64,000 nt of DNA from a virus (IMGVR_UViG_3300032304_001448:4207-68206); one strand, 5' to 3'; positions 29,902-38,927 are shown, counted from the first letter of the stretch. The notes: generated by a model from the sequence alone, not told the origin. A program made the numbers and translations.

Positions 29902-30407
29902 GCGGCTTTCTTCTTGAGACTCGCGGCGAAACCGCGAGGGCGCTTGTTGTTGCAGTTGACCGCGTGGGTTACCCATCGGCAATTCTTCGGTGAGTATGGG
30001 CCGTATGGATCAATGCGATCTAATTCCAACTCGGGTTTGAATCCGTGCTTCAAAGCCCATTTACGAAAAGGCTCATATTCGGCCCACACCGAATCTACGT
30101 AAATGCCAGTGTTGTAATACCACGTAGCATGATAAGAATCTGGGGCGCACCTCCGGTGAATCTTTTGCCACCGAGAGTAAAGGGGATTCCACGGGTTACG
30201 CTTGTTGTTGGACCAGTCGAGCTTGTCGAAATCAAATACTTTGCGGGCCGTGTCTTGGTATACCTTGTGGTTTTGGCTGCACGGTAAGCAATAAAAAGGG
30301 CGATCCGCTTTTACTGTCCTTGCATACTGGTCAGACCGCATCGGCCGGCGGTGTCCGCAGTCGGGACAAGAAACCGAAACGTATTGGCGGCTCTTCTTAG
30401 GTTTCAT
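29898..30407 (-). CDS. HNH-type endonuclease with N-terminal CxxC zinc ribbon
   Basis: CPDC..CLPC; LELDRIDPYGPYSPKNCRWVT...N.NN. Confidence 0.75.
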   Translation of the reverse strand: MKPKKSRQYVSVSCPDCGHRRPMRSDQYARTVKADRPFYCLPCSQNHKVYQDTARKVFDFDKLDWSNNKRNPWNPLYSRWQKIHRRCAPDSYHATWYYNTGIYVDSVWAEYEPFRKWALKHGFKPELELDRIDPYGPYSPKNCRWVTHAVNCNNKRPRGFAASLKKKAA

Positions 30408-30673
30408 CACCAAAGGTATTTACACGAATAGTATCGAGCGGTTGTCTTATCCGTGGCGGTGTCACACTTGTGACGCGCACGAAAACTAGCGCGGCGTTTC
30501 GGGTTCTTGTGCTTGGTGAAGTCCGACATCGAGGAGTCCCCGAAGTGGACGACTTTCGCGGTGCCAGCCTTCTTGCCCGGCACGAAGACCGACTTCTTCT
30601 TCGCAGCCGGAGTGATGCCCGCCATCTTGCGGGGCTTATACAGCGTGACCTTCTTGCCTTTGTAGGTAGCCAT
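30407..30673 (-). CDS. small basic conserved phage protein
   Basis: VHFGD......KNPKRRASFRARHKC...ARYYSCK motif. Confidence 0.75.
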   Translation of the reverse strand: MATYKGKKVTLYKPRKMAGITPAAKKKSVFVPGKKAGTAKVVHFGDSSMSDFTKHKNPKRRASFRARHKCDTATDKTTARYYSCKYLW

Positions 30674-30810
30674 TAGCGGCGTTTCTTGGCTGCAAAACCC
30701 CCGCGCTTATTTTTCATCTTCGCGTAGGTCTTGGGGTCGACGGTGGACTTGGACTTCGGACGGGACGTGCCCGCCTTCCGACGTTTATTGATGTTTTCGT
30801 ATAGGCTCAT
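30673..30810 (-). CDS. small basic phage protein
   Basis: MSLYENINKRRKAGTSRPKSKST. Confidence 0.6.
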   Translation of the reverse strand: MSLYENINKRRKAGTSRPKSKSTVDPKTYAKMKNKRGGFAAKKRR

Positions 30811-30889
30811 AAGAAATACCGAAAGAAAATGACCGTGGCAAAAGCGGCCCATGCGACGAGCAGAACCAGCGTGATGTCGCGGGGCTCCA

Positions 30890-31114
30890 TCATGCCAATA
30901 GCTCCTTGGTCTCTTGGTCGTGGCGGTCGATGACTGACTGCACCATCGACTTGGCATCGCCGTAGTTGAAGAGGTCGATCAGACCGACGGCGACCCGGAG
31001 GTTGTCGACGATCGAGAGTTCGCGGTCGTAGCTTTCCACGAAGCGATTCTTCCACGCTTGTGCGCCGTCGCTCTCCTCTTTAGTCAGCTTTCTTCTTGTT
31101 CGCTTTTTTAACAT
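30890..31114 (-). CDS. hypothetical protein
   Basis: MLKKRTRR start; coupled to neighbours. Confidence 0.5.
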   Translation of the reverse strand: MLKKRTRRKLTKEESDGAQAWKNRFVESYDRELSIVDNLRVAVGLIDLFNYGDAKSMVQSVIDRHDQETKELLA

Positions 31115-31388
31115 AGATCTTCTTGGTCTCGACGGCCGGCCCGAGGAATGCGGCCAACGCTTCGGCGATCGCGTCGGCAACCGTTTCATCGGCTTTCGCT
31201 TGCGCTTGTTCCGGAGCCCCGCCATCGATCTCGCACTCCCGCTCGGCCATGTCCTCGGCCCCGGCTTCGTAGGCGGCATTCCATGTCAGGTCGAAAAAAC
31301 GGCGCAGCGCCTCCGGGTTCATTTCCGGTTCGGTAGCGAGCCGGGGATTATTGTGCAGGAAAATAGCCCAGAGCTTTTCTTTATTCAT
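31080..31388 (-). CDS. hypothetical protein
   Basis: MNKEKLWAIF start overlapping upstream stop. Confidence 0.6.
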   Translation of the reverse strand: MNKEKLWAIFLHNNPRLATEPEMNPEALRRFFDLTWNAAYEAGAEDMAERECEIDGGAPEQAQAKADETVADAIAEALAAFLGPAVETKKIYVKKANKKKAD

Positions 31389-31762
31389 CGGGATTTCCTC
31401 CGGTTGTTGAGTTTGTGTTCGATCTCGTCGACCAAGTGCTGCACCAGGTAGCAGCATGTCTCCTCGGCTTTGCGGATGTCCTCGCGGACATGGTCACGCA
31501 GGAAGCTCATGGCGACATGGACGCACTCGTGGGTCAGGGTCTTGCTGTTCCCTTTTCTCCGCGACTCGGGCCAGGACTTGAGCCAGACGAAAGCCCGGTT
31601 TGCGTTGGATAGCGCCCAACCCGCATCGGATTCGTCGTCATCCCCGTCAGTAGATAAGGTGTCGGTGAACTTGGTCGCCGAGCGCCAAGCTGAGAGCGCA
31701 TCGCCCCCGACTTTGACCCTGACCTTCAGACCGAAGGTCCGCTCGGTTACCGTCACTTGCAT
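31385..31762 (-). CDS. small zincin-like metallopeptidase-fold protein
   Basis: LTHECVHVA (HExxH) plus downstream EE.CYL. Confidence 0.6.
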   Translation of the reverse strand: MQVTVTERTFGLKVRVKVGGDALSAWRSATKFTDTLSTDGDDDESDAGWALSNANRAFVWLKSWPESRRKGNSKTLTHECVHVAMSFLRDHVREDIRKAEETCCYLVQHLVDEIEHKLNNRRKSR

Positions 31763-31804
31763 AGGAGCAATGTATGGCGTTATTAAACCAAGGCAAGTGG
31801 AGTA

Positions 31805-32047
31805 TCATCGAAGGGTCTTACCAAAGGAGGGGTTGCGGCTGATGATTGTCCGCATGTGCTTACGCAGGACGGCATTAAGCTCATCAAAGATCTCCGAGTC
31901 GACCCGGCTGAATTTGTGGTGCCGGGTCTGGTCGGCATAATCCATGAGATACTGTTTGCAGGCGGCTTTGTTGATGAACTGGGAGACCCGGGTCCGGATC
32001 TGGTCGCGGACAAAGGTGTCGGTAGTGGGTTTTTCAGGAAGCGTCAT
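31805..32047 (-). CDS. hypothetical protein
   Basis: Natural composition; in operon. Confidence 0.6.
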   Translation of the reverse strand: MTLPEKPTTDTFVRDQIRTRVSQFINKAACKQYLMDYADQTRHHKFSRVDSEIFDELNAVLRKHMRTIISRNPSFGKTLR

Positions 32048-32049
32048 GG

Positions 32050-32490
32050 TTAGAAGCTATACGGGTTTTCGTTAATGGACGGCAGGGTCGGAGGTGCCGG
32101 CAGTTTCTTGCCGGGGAGCGGCTGCACCCAGACAAGGCTATGGATCTTGCTATCGGTGCTGACCCGATGGGCCAGAGGGATAAGATGATCCGCTGGCGGG
32201 TCAGCCAGGGGCAGGAAAGCCGCCGCGATGATGAGCGGGGTAGCCCCGATAAGCCAGTGCCAAAAGCGGCGGGGCCAGCGGGTTGCGGGTTTGTCCTGCT
32301 CGGCCAAGGCCAAGGCCAGATAGGGGTAAGCCTCGGTAGGGAGGCAAGCATTATTGGGATCGAATTCTCTATAGTTCATGGTGTTTGGTTCCTTCTTTCT
32401 TTGGTTATGGGTGACGAGACGCGGACGGAAGCGCATACCGTCCTTTGTGACTTCGACTCGCGTTTGGGTCCGCGTCTCGGGTTTGCTCAT
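32050..32490 (-). CDS. hypothetical membrane protein (start may be 32379)
   Basis: Hydrophobic WLIGATPLIIAAAFL segment. Confidence 0.5.
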   Translation of the reverse strand: MSKPETRTQTRVEVTKDGMRFRPRLVTHNQRKKEPNTMNYREFDPNNACLPTEAYPYLALALAEQDKPATRWPRRFWHWLIGATPLIIAAAFLPLADPPADHLIPLAHRVSTDSKIHSLVWVQPLPGKKLPAPPTLPSINENPYSF

Positions 32491-32539
32491 GGTTAATACG
32501 ACAGTGTGTGGTTATTACTCGTTCAAACGAATGTTTGGA

Positions 32540-32770
32540 TCATCCGTTGTCGGGGTGGCTGGCGTGGACTAGCAAGGCATTGAGGATGCCGCGCTTGGTG
32601 GGCTCGACTTCGATTTCGAAGATATCTGCGTCTGCGAAACTGTCGCCTTCGCTCATATCGAAAAAGGTTTGCTTCGCTCGCTCCGCTTCGGCCTTGCTTG
32701 TCGTGTAAGTGTATCCTTGGTGACCGTTGCCGTCAGTCGTGGACACTTTGTAGTATTTGAATTTTTTCAT
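32540..32770 (-). CDS. hypothetical early protein
   Basis: MKKFKYY start after A/C-rich leader. Confidence 0.6.
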   Translation of the reverse strand: MKKFKYYKVSTTDGNGHQGYTYTTSKAEAERAKQTFFDMSEGDSFADADIFEIEVEPTKRGILNALLVHASHPDNG

Positions 32771-32824
32771 TGGTTTTGGGTTCTTTCTACTTGGTTCATG
32801 GTTCAACGCTTCAATGCGTCATAC

Positions 32825-33502
32825 CTAAGAGGCCAGCACATCCTCTTCGGCCTCTTCGCGGGTCTCGAAGGGGCCGTTGGCCTCGCCGTCCGGGAGGCAT
32901 CCCGGTTGGCAGGACCACCAGTAGAAACCGGCGAGTTCCTTCGCGGCCTCTTCGGTAGCCGGGTCGACTTCGGCTTGGTCGTAGTCCCCGGTGAGCGTGT
33001 CTTTGACTGACTCGGCGAGTCGGGCAGAAAGCCAAGTCTCCTCGCCGGCTTCAAGAAACTCGTCAGCCGTTACCTCGAAGATCTCGATTCCGGCGAGTTT
33101 TTTCGCCCGGTGCTTCTCTTGCCACTCCTCGAAGACATCCTCGGCATGGTCGTTATACCATTCGTGGACTTGCTCTTGGATGTAGCTGTAAATCGCAGCG
33201 GGTTTCCACCCGAGTGGCCAGTCCTTATCGTCTTTGCTGTCGAAGCCGGCGTTGTCGAACGCCTCTTCTACTTCTGATCCGTGGAGGTAGAAGATGTCCC
33301 GGATCTCGTTGTTGTAGATCGGCACCGAGCCGTCGACGATCTCGTGAATAGTCCCCGAGTAGTCGAGGTCGTTGCCGAGATCGGGCAGCTTGTCCGGTTC
33401 GTTGTCGTCGCAGTAGCGAAGGAGTTCGTCTTTCACGTCCTCGATCGTGCTGTCGACGCGGTCTTGCAGGGTGTCTTCGATTTCGATGGTTCTTTTGCTC
33501 AT
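32825..33502 (-). CDS. Ocr-like acidic DNA-mimic (anti-restriction) protein with C-terminal extension
   Basis: Very acidic; IHEIVDGSVPIY and AAIYSYIQEQVHEWYNDHAEDVFEEW align by eye with T7 Ocr IHMAADNAVPHY and [22 protein letters not shown]. Confidence 0.55.
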   Translation of the reverse strand: MSKRTIEIEDTLQDRVDSTIEDVKDELLRYCDDNEPDKLPDLGNDLDYSGTIHEIVDGSVPIYNNEIRDIFYLHGSEVEEAFDNAGFDSKDDKDWPLGWKPAAIYSYIQEQVHEWYNDHAEDVFEEWQEKHRAKKLAGIEIFEVTADEFLEAGEETWLSARLAESVKDTLTGDYDQAEVDPATEEAAKELAGFYWWSCQPGCLPDGEANGPFETREEAEEDVLAS

Positions 33503-33531
33503 GGTATTTATGGTTTCTTTTTGTGGTGTTA

Positions 33532-33711
33532 TTACTCACCATCAATTTCGATGGGGAGGGTGAGTTGCGGGTCGGCTTGCTCTTTCCGGGCAAGCTGAAC
33601 GAGGTGAGCGTGACGCATGACGACCGATGTCAGGTGCAGTGCTGCGTCGATGTCGTAGTCATGGGTCGCATTGAATTGCGCGGCGGTGTCGAGGATTAGG
33701 TTGGTTTTCAT
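33532..33711 (-). CDS. small hypothetical early protein (59 aa)
   Basis: ATG just downstream of motif copy 33723; MKTNLILD... Confidence 0.55.
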   Translation of the reverse strand: MKTNLILDTAAQFNATHDYDIDAALHLTSVVMRHAHLVQLARKEQADPQLTLPIEIDGE

Positions 33712-33739
33712 AGTTCACTTCTAAGAGGCCAGCACTTAG

Positions 33740-34168
33740 TCAGAGATACCGGCAGAGGGCATACTCGGCCTCGGTTTTATCGGTAGTGGTAAAAAGGATC
33801 TCGTCGCTCGGTGCCGGTGTTGTGGTTAGCCAGATCCCCTCTTCGTCACTGATGATGTAATGGTTGGTTGTGCCGGTGTTACGTATTGGTTTAGTTATAC
33901 GTGGTGAAGCCACCGCCCGATCGATGTCGGCTAATTGTATTTCGGGAAACAATGTCTCTTCTTCCAGGGTAATCCGGACAATCTCGTCCGCCGGGACATT
34001 GAAGCCCCATCCAGTGTTCCAGCGAATCCGAGGCGACTTCGGGTTATGCTCGCCCCGGTAAGGGACGACGACACCATATTCGTGACGCTCCCCAAGGATG
34101 TTTTTACTCGGCCGGGTAATGCAACGCACCCGGTCGCCGATATTGAATTTGATGAGGTTCTTTTTCAT
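33740..34168 (-). CDS. hypothetical early protein, SH3/KOW-like N-terminus
   Basis: FNIGDRV..; start downstream of motif copy 34182. Confidence 0.6.
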   Translation of the reverse strand: MKKNLIKFNIGDRVRCITRPSKNILGERHEYGVVVPYRGEHNPKSPRIRWNTGWGFNVPADEIVRITLEEETLFPEIQLADIDRAVASPRITKPIRNTGTTNHYIISDEEGIWLTTTPAPSDEILFTTTDKTEAEYALCRYL

Positions 34169-34179
34169 AGTCTTCACTA

Positions 34180-34365
34180 TTAAGAGGCCAGCACTTGATG
34201 ATAGTCCCCTTCCGGAATCCCGGCCCACTCAGCGAGCAGGGGATCACCGAAAAACAGTTCGGGGTTTGATTGCGCGAGGTCTTGAAGCTCGACGATCTCA
34301 GCATAGGAAATGTATTCCTCTTCAATCGCCTCACGTAGTTCCTGAAGTCGGGTTGCGGGGTTCAC
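34180..34365 (-). CDS. small acidic hypothetical protein
   Basis: ISYAEIVELQ...L.EWAGIPE; ends VLAS in motif. Confidence 0.6.
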   Translation of the reverse strand: MNPATRLQELREAIEEEYISYAEIVELQDLAQSNPELFFGDPLLAEWAGIPEGDYHQVLAS

Positions 34366-34673
34366 GGTTTCAGTTTGGCGAGGAGCGCCCGGGCGCGGGT
34401 GATCTCCCCGAGTTCGGAGTCTTTGACACTGCCGGTTGATTTGAGGAGCCGGTCGTCGAGACGTTCGAGGGCGGCAACGCACTCGCGCAGGGACGCGACG
34501 AGTTCTTTATGCTCTTCGAGGATTGCCGGCAAAAGTTCCTCCGCTTCACGGACCAGTTCGATCGCATCATCGATCGGGTCGGGATGATCTTCGTTGGCCT
34601 CCGAATCGAAGAGCGCGACAGCGCCTTCTACCGTGATCCGGAGTTCGTCTAATATGGGTGTTGGTTTGTTCAT
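34362..34673 (-). CDS. hypothetical early protein
   Basis: Helical, ends ARALLAKL. Confidence 0.65.
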   Translation of the reverse strand: MNKPTPILDELRITVEGAVALFDSEANEDHPDPIDDAIELVREAEELLPAILEEHKELVASLRECVAALERLDDRLLKSTGSVKDSELGEITRARALLAKLKP

Positions 34674-34690
34674 GGTTCCTTTCGTTTGGG

Positions 34691-35230
34691 TTAAAGAAGT
34701 TCTCCCTTCTCGTTGAATTCGTAGTCATTGATCTCGCAGTGCTCGGCGAAGTTCTCGTCTTCGTATTGCCCCTCGGCTTCGTTTTGCGCGTCTTCGAGCC
34801 ATGACCGGAAACCGGCTTCGAGGAGTGTTTTGAGGTCAGTCTCCCCGGCGAAGAAGGCTATGCGGAAGCCATCGAGCGCGGACTCATCGGCGCAGTAGCC
34901 GGTCAGCTTGCACTCGCCGGTCCCGCGCAACGTCTCAGGATCATAGGCCCCGAGTTTCTCCAGCCGGGCGGCGATCTCTTCGCGGGTTAACTCGGGAAGT
35001 TCTTCAACTTGTTTACCGATAAAGTTGGCCCAGCTATGCGAGCCCCCGAAGAAGTCGATCGAGTAGTCATGCAGCTTGGCCTCGAAGGCATTGGCGAAGA
35101 CTTGCAGGACGGCCAAGTATTCATCGTCAGACGAAAATCCGACATCGGCTTTGTAATCATACTTCGCCTTCTCTTTGGCGGAGGGACTGAGTTCGTTGAA
35201 TTGGTAGGCTGTCGCTAAGTATTGTCTCAT
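34691..35230 (-). CDS. acidic early protein of a family common in phage early/anti-restriction regions
   Basis: Y.F.ELS..AKEKA N-term, LTGYC.D, N.YEF.E.G C-term. Confidence 0.7.
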   Translation of the reverse strand: MRQYLATAYQFNELSPSAKEKAKYDYKADVGFSSDDEYLAVLQVFANAFEAKLHDYSIDFFGGSHSWANFIGKQVEELPELTREEIAARLEKLGAYDPETLRGTGECKLTGYCADESALDGFRIAFFAGETDLKTLLEAGFRSWLEDAQNEAEGQYEDENFAEHCEINDYEFNEKGELL

Positions 35231-35277
35231 GGGTGTGTTTCGTTTGGGTTAGGTGTTCGTAATTAAGAGGCCAGCAC

Positions 35278-35367
35278 TCAGGTCGGGATGATCCAGTCGA
35301 CGAGTTGCATGAAGACAAGGAGCAGGGAGAGGCCGGCGATGAGGTGATCGAGGGTTGGGTTTTTCAT
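35278..35367 (-). CDS. small membrane peptide
   Basis: MKNPTLDHLIAGLSLLLVFMQLVDWIIPT; ATGA overlap, GGAGG SD. Confidence 0.45.
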   Translation of the reverse strand: MKNPTLDHLIAGLSLLLVFMQLVDWIIPT

Positions 35368-35657
35368 TCGGCACCTCCTTCGGCCTTGGCGATTGCTGCG
35401 CGGATTTGCGCGGCCAACTCTTCGGGAGCATCCCCGCCAGCCCAATATCCATCGACCGCTTCTAATGCCGCGAGTAGGTCGGGCGCGGCGGCGATGAGAT
35501 GCGTGTTCGCTGTCCACTCTTTCAGAGGTATGCGGTCAGACGTGCAGCGTTCGGTGGATCGTTCCGAGTCGACGGTTGCAACGTCCAAGCCGTCACCGTT
35601 GCGGATGTTTTGCCCTTCGTAAAACCAAGGGCCGGGAGTGTGTTGGTTGTTGCTCAT
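35364..35657 (-). CDS. HTPGPW...ANxxLIAAAPDLL family phage protein (paralog 2)
   Basis: Signature motifs present. Confidence 0.75.
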   Translation of the reverse strand: MSNNQHTPGPWFYEGQNIRNGDGLDVATVDSERSTERCTSDRIPLKEWTANTHLIAAAPDLLAALEAVDGYWAGGDAPEELAAQIRAAIAKAEGGAE

Positions 35658-35974
35658 TCGGCACCTCCCACTTTGGCGATCGCGGATTTAGCCCGTTCGA
35701 GCCATGATGGGTCGCCGTCATCTCCCCAACTTCCAACCACTTCGATCGCCTCTTCGAGCGCATCGAGGAGGTCGGGGGCGGCGGCGATGAGTCGGGCGTT
35801 GGCAACGCCACCGTCATCCTCGGCAACGTATTGCCCAGATCCCCGGGGGAATGCGTTGCTTGGGACATTGTGCGCGTGCACGTTCGGGACGATCGTCCGG
35901 CCTTGCAGGTCAGTGATTTGCCCCTCGGAGTTCACGGTCCAAGGGCCGGGAGTGTGTTGGGTGTATTTGTTCAT
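35654..35974 (-). CDS. HTPGPW...ANARLIAAAPDLL family phage protein (paralog 1)
   Basis: Signature motifs; start MNKYTQ downstream of motif copy 35981. Confidence 0.75.
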   Translation of the reverse strand: MNKYTQHTPGPWTVNSEGQITDLQGRTIVPNVHAHNVPSNAFPRGSGQYVAEDDGGVANARLIAAAPDLLDALEEAIEVVGSWGDDGDPSWLERAKSAIAKVGGAE

Positions 35975-36009
35975 CGAATTAAGAGGCCAGCAGTGTGGTG
36001 TTATTACGT

Positions 36010-36519
36010 TTAGTGAAGAAGTTCCCCGGCATACCCGGAGAAGTATTTGCCCCGGGCGCATCCGAGGAGGTCGGCATAGTTGTGGAAATCGAATTGGTTT
36101 CCGTGATCCCGGATATACTCCACCCGGTCGCGGTCGCTGTAGCAGTCGCACCACACTCGTTGGGCGGTCTCGTCTTCGAGTTCCGAGAAGTCGTCTTCGT
36201 CGACGACCGGGTAGTCTTCGAGCTTATCGGCGATCTCTTTCGCCTTCTCATGCTCCGGGGACCCGGCGCGGACCGACAACGATTCCCACCATCCGCAGGC
36301 CCAATGGCCAAACCGGTCGATGGATACGTTGTCACTCTCGCCGCCGAGTTCCCGGAGCGCCGAACGAAAGTTGCTCTCGGTCAGGCAATCCGAGTCCCGG
36401 GACTGGGTGAGTAGGCAAAGCCACTCAGGTTCCGGAATCGCGCCGGCATAGTTGTCGAGCGAGTCCCAACCACTCGGGTTGGAGACGATTTCTTTCAGAG
36501 GAGTAAGGTAGTTGGTCAT
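36010..36519 (-). CDS. acidic hypothetical early protein
   Basis: RDSD.L.ESNF, FGHWACGW.E, LEDYPVVDE motifs. Confidence 0.7.
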   Translation of the reverse strand: MTNYLTPLKEIVSNPSGWDSLDNYAGAIPEPEWLCLLTQSRDSDCLTESNFRSALRELGGESDNVSIDRFGHWACGWWESLSVRAGSPEHEKAKEIADKLEDYPVVDEDDFSELEDETAQRVWCDCYSDRDRVEYIRDHGNQFDFHNYADLLGCARGKYFSGYAGELLH

Positions 36520-36591
36520 GAGTTTTGTGGTGTTATGCGGTTACGGAGTTAATACTGTCAAGATTAAGAGGCCAGCATTGCGAGAGGGAGG

Positions 36592-36789
36592 TCAGATGGC
36601 ATCGCGGAGAAACTTGCCACTCCAGTGCATACGATCTTCAACGTCCCACATTCCGGGACCAACACGGACAGGTGTGTAGATATACCAGCCAGTGTGCGAG
36701 TCGCAGATTCTTGCGTTGCGCCCGTATTTGGCTTCGATCTTTTTTGCATAGCGGCGGGACTCGTTGATGCGCTGTAGTTTGATATTCAT
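36592..36789 (-). CDS. hypothetical early protein
   Basis: Start downstream of motif copy 36800. Confidence 0.55.
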   Translation of the reverse strand: MNIKLQRINESRRYAKKIEAKYGRNARICDSHTGWYIYTPVRVGPGMWDVEDRMHWSGKFLRDAI

Positions 36790-36797
36790 GTTCAATA

Positions 36798-37190
36798 TTA
36801 AGAGGCCAGCACTTCGTCGGAGGTCTCAGCGTGATAGTGCTCTAAGGCCCAGTCCAGATGGAACCGGACCTGCTCCTCGCCGAACAAATGCAAGGCATCC
36901 GTGAGCAAATCGATGAACGCTTCCCGGGCATCTTCGCCGGGCGTGTAGTCCAAGATCACTCGGGCCACTTTCCTCGTGCGTTTGATTCTCTGGTCCTTGG
37001 TTAGGATGTCCGGGTCGACCAGTTCGTATTCGATCCATCTGTCTTTAACCGCTTCAAACCAGTCGTTTTTGTCATAGGCTTGCCAGTCGTCGGACCGGTC
37101 ACGGTTTATCTCTTCAAGGATCTGGTCCAGTGTCCACTCCTCGATCTGCCCGGTCGGGATATATCTGAGCTTGTATGTTTCAAGGTTCAT
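36798..37190 (-). CDS. hypothetical early protein
   Basis: WTL..ILEEINRDRSD.W..YD..DW; DLLTD.LH; ends VLAS in motif. Confidence 0.65.
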   Translation of the reverse strand: MNLETYKLRYIPTGQIEEWTLDQILEEINRDRSDDWQAYDKNDWFEAVKDRWIEYELVDPDILTKDQRIKRTRKVARVILDYTPGEDAREAFIDLLTDALHLFGEEQVRFHLDWALEHYHAETSDEVLAS

Positions 37191-37200
37191 GGTGCGTGAT

Positions 37201-37419
37201 TCAGGCTGCGGTTCTCGGATCAAATCCAAGTTCGTCAATGATCCGGATGCGGTCTTCGTCGTGTAAATTGTCGAGATCGAGGTATTCGACGAGCCAATCA
37301 GTTTGATTCGGCGTTTGTTCGATGATCCAATCAGCCCAAAATTCGGGTTCATTGGTGATGTCGTAAATGAGTTGCCGTCTCACGAGGCTGGATATTTTGT
37401 CTTGCTGTTCAGGTGTCAT
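37201..37419 (-). CDS. acidic hypothetical early protein
   Basis: MTPEQQ start after A/C leader. Confidence 0.6.
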   Translation of the reverse strand: MTPEQQDKISSLVRRQLIYDITNEPEFWADWIIEQTPNQTDWLVEYLDLDNLHDEDRIRIIDELGFDPRTAA

Positions 37420-37466
37420 GGTAGTTTTAGGTTGGAGGTTTAAGTTCACTATTAAGAGGCCAGCAC

Positions 37467-37694
37467 TCAGCGCGGCCAGCGGTCCACCGCCGCCTGAAAG
37501 CGTTCGTTGCTCACTCGGGCACCGTTCGGGTGCACCGCTTGAATGGTGCGTCCCCGGGCAGTGATCCGGACGAATCGACTCGGCTTGTCGCCGGGATAGC
37601 ACCGGACCCATTGCCCGGTCTGCAACCGGAGTTGTCCATTGTAGAGCGCCACAAGGACACTGTTCGAAAGTAGGAGTGTAGGTAGGTATTTCAT
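37467..37694 (-). CDS. hypothetical early protein
   Basis: GQLRLQ.GQWV...PSRFV motif. Confidence 0.6.
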   Translation of the reverse strand: MKYLPTLLLSNSVLVALYNGQLRLQTGQWVRCYPGDKPSRFVRITARGRTIQAVHPNGARVSNERFQAAVDRWPR

Positions 37695-37698
37695 GGGA

Positions 37699-38007
37699 TT
37701 ACTTGTGGTCGCTTTCGAGGAGATCCCATCCGCCCGAGTTACGGAACCGGCGCGAGATCCAGTGAATGTGCGATGCGAGATCATAGGTGAGAAACTCGTA
37801 AGGCCGGTCGTCGAGATCCTGCACGGCACTCAAAGGGATCCCGGCGAGGATGAGATCCTTGGCGATCTCGTCGATGATGTTGTCGGGTAGCTTGATCGGT
37901 CCGTCTTCAGGGTAGTTGTCGCCGTGGTTGCGGAAAACCTCCGCCGCCGCCCGGGCCAACTTGGATTTGCTTCCAGTTTCTTTGATCGCTTTACCGTATT
38001 TGTTCAT
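37699..38007 (-). CDS. hypothetical early protein
   Basis: ORF with AACCATG start context. Confidence 0.6.
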   Translation of the reverse strand: MNKYGKAIKETGSKSKLARAAAEVFRNHGDNYPEDGPIKLPDNIIDEIAKDLILAGIPLSAVQDLDDRPYEFLTYDLASHIHWISRRFRNSGGWDLLESDHK

Positions 38008-38015
38008 GGTTTCGA

Positions 38016-38201
38016 TTAATGTTGGTTGAAGGTGAAGGTTTCGGATTGCTCACGGACGAAGCTGAAATCCCATCCGCATCCCCGGCACCGGAGGTGAATC
38101 CGGTTGCCAAGTTGCCCGAGGATCTGAGCGTCCGCGCTGTCGCACACCGGGCAATAAGCCGGGTCAGTGTCTTGTTCGTATTGGAGTGTTTCGATGTTCA
38201 T
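38016..38201 (-). CDS. small zinc-ribbon protein
   Basis: CPVC...LGQLG....RCRGCG. Confidence 0.65.
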   Translation of the reverse strand: MNIETLQYEQDTDPAYCPVCDSADAQILGQLGNRIHLRCRGCGWDFSFVREQSETFTFNQH

Positions 38202-38210
38202 GGTTCGTAA

Positions 38211-38396
38211 TTAAGAGGCCAGCAGTATCGCGTTCATGCGTTCCTTCAGAAGATCGGCGGCGAGCCGGGCATCGTAGTAAGCGTCGACGCAATCGACCGT
38301 GATACCTTTGCGGAGTGTATCTTTGACCAAGCTGCGAGCGCCATTGGAGGCGAGCACCTCTTGGATCTCCCGATCGATTTCAGTGAGTGATTTCAT
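38211..38396 (-). CDS. small hypothetical early protein
   Basis: Bounded by motif copies; ends LLAS. Confidence 0.6.
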   Translation of the reverse strand: MKSLTEIDREIQEVLASNGARSLVKDTLRKGITVDCVDAYYDARLAADLLKERMNAILLAS

Positions 38397-38423
38397 GGTT
38401 CGTAATTAAGAGGCCAGCAGGGT

Positions 38424-38825
38424 TTATTCTTCCAAGGCACCTTGGGCGCTGGCCACTAAGCCGTCCCAAAAGGCTTCGCTCGCCGCATTTTCGTAGGCCT
38501 GGCAGATTTCGTCCTCCTCTTCAGGCTCTAAGTCTGAAATGTCGTGACGACTCTCGAAGCAATCGGCCAGCAGTTCGCGGGGCGTATATCCGTCCGCATA
38601 CTCTCCGGACAGATTCGGCGCGGCATAGGCATCGGCGACTTCCGGATCCCCTTCGTCGTAGCCTCGCAGGAATTCCCGGGCGGCATCTTTCCCGCCCCGA
38701 CTCGAAGCGCGACCGCCCCAAGTGTCTTGCGAGACCCATTCCGCGCCATTCTTTCCGTCACGCTTTCCGATTTTCTCGGCACGTTGCAAAGCTAGTGTGA
38801 ATTTTTGGTCAGTGATTGTGTTCAT
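38424..38825 (-). CDS. acidic hypothetical early protein
   Basis: PNLSGEYAD..TP..L; EIC.AYE. Confidence 0.65.
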   Translation of the reverse strand: MNTITDQKFTLALQRAEKIGKRDGKNGAEWVSQDTWGGRASSRGGKDAAREFLRGYDEGDPEVADAYAAPNLSGEYADGYTPRELLADCFESRHDISDLEPEEEDEICQAYENAASEAFWDGLVASAQGALEE

Positions 38826-38850
38826 GGTGTTCATCTTTAAGAGGCCAGCA

Positions 38851-38927
38851 GGTTCTTGTTTCAGGGTTCTTGTTTCAGGGTTCTTGTTTCAGGGTTCTTG
38901 TTTCAGGGTTCAGGGTTCAGGGTTCAG
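38851..38927. repeat. tandem repeat (GGTTCTTGTTTCAG)x4 + (GGTTCAG)x3
   Basis: Read directly from sequence. Confidence 0.95.

Noticed and set aside
32825-38396. C-terminal (V/L)LAS as an ssrA-like degradation tag
   Set aside because: Only four genes end in that frame; in other copies the stop precedes the motif, so conservation is at nucleotide level
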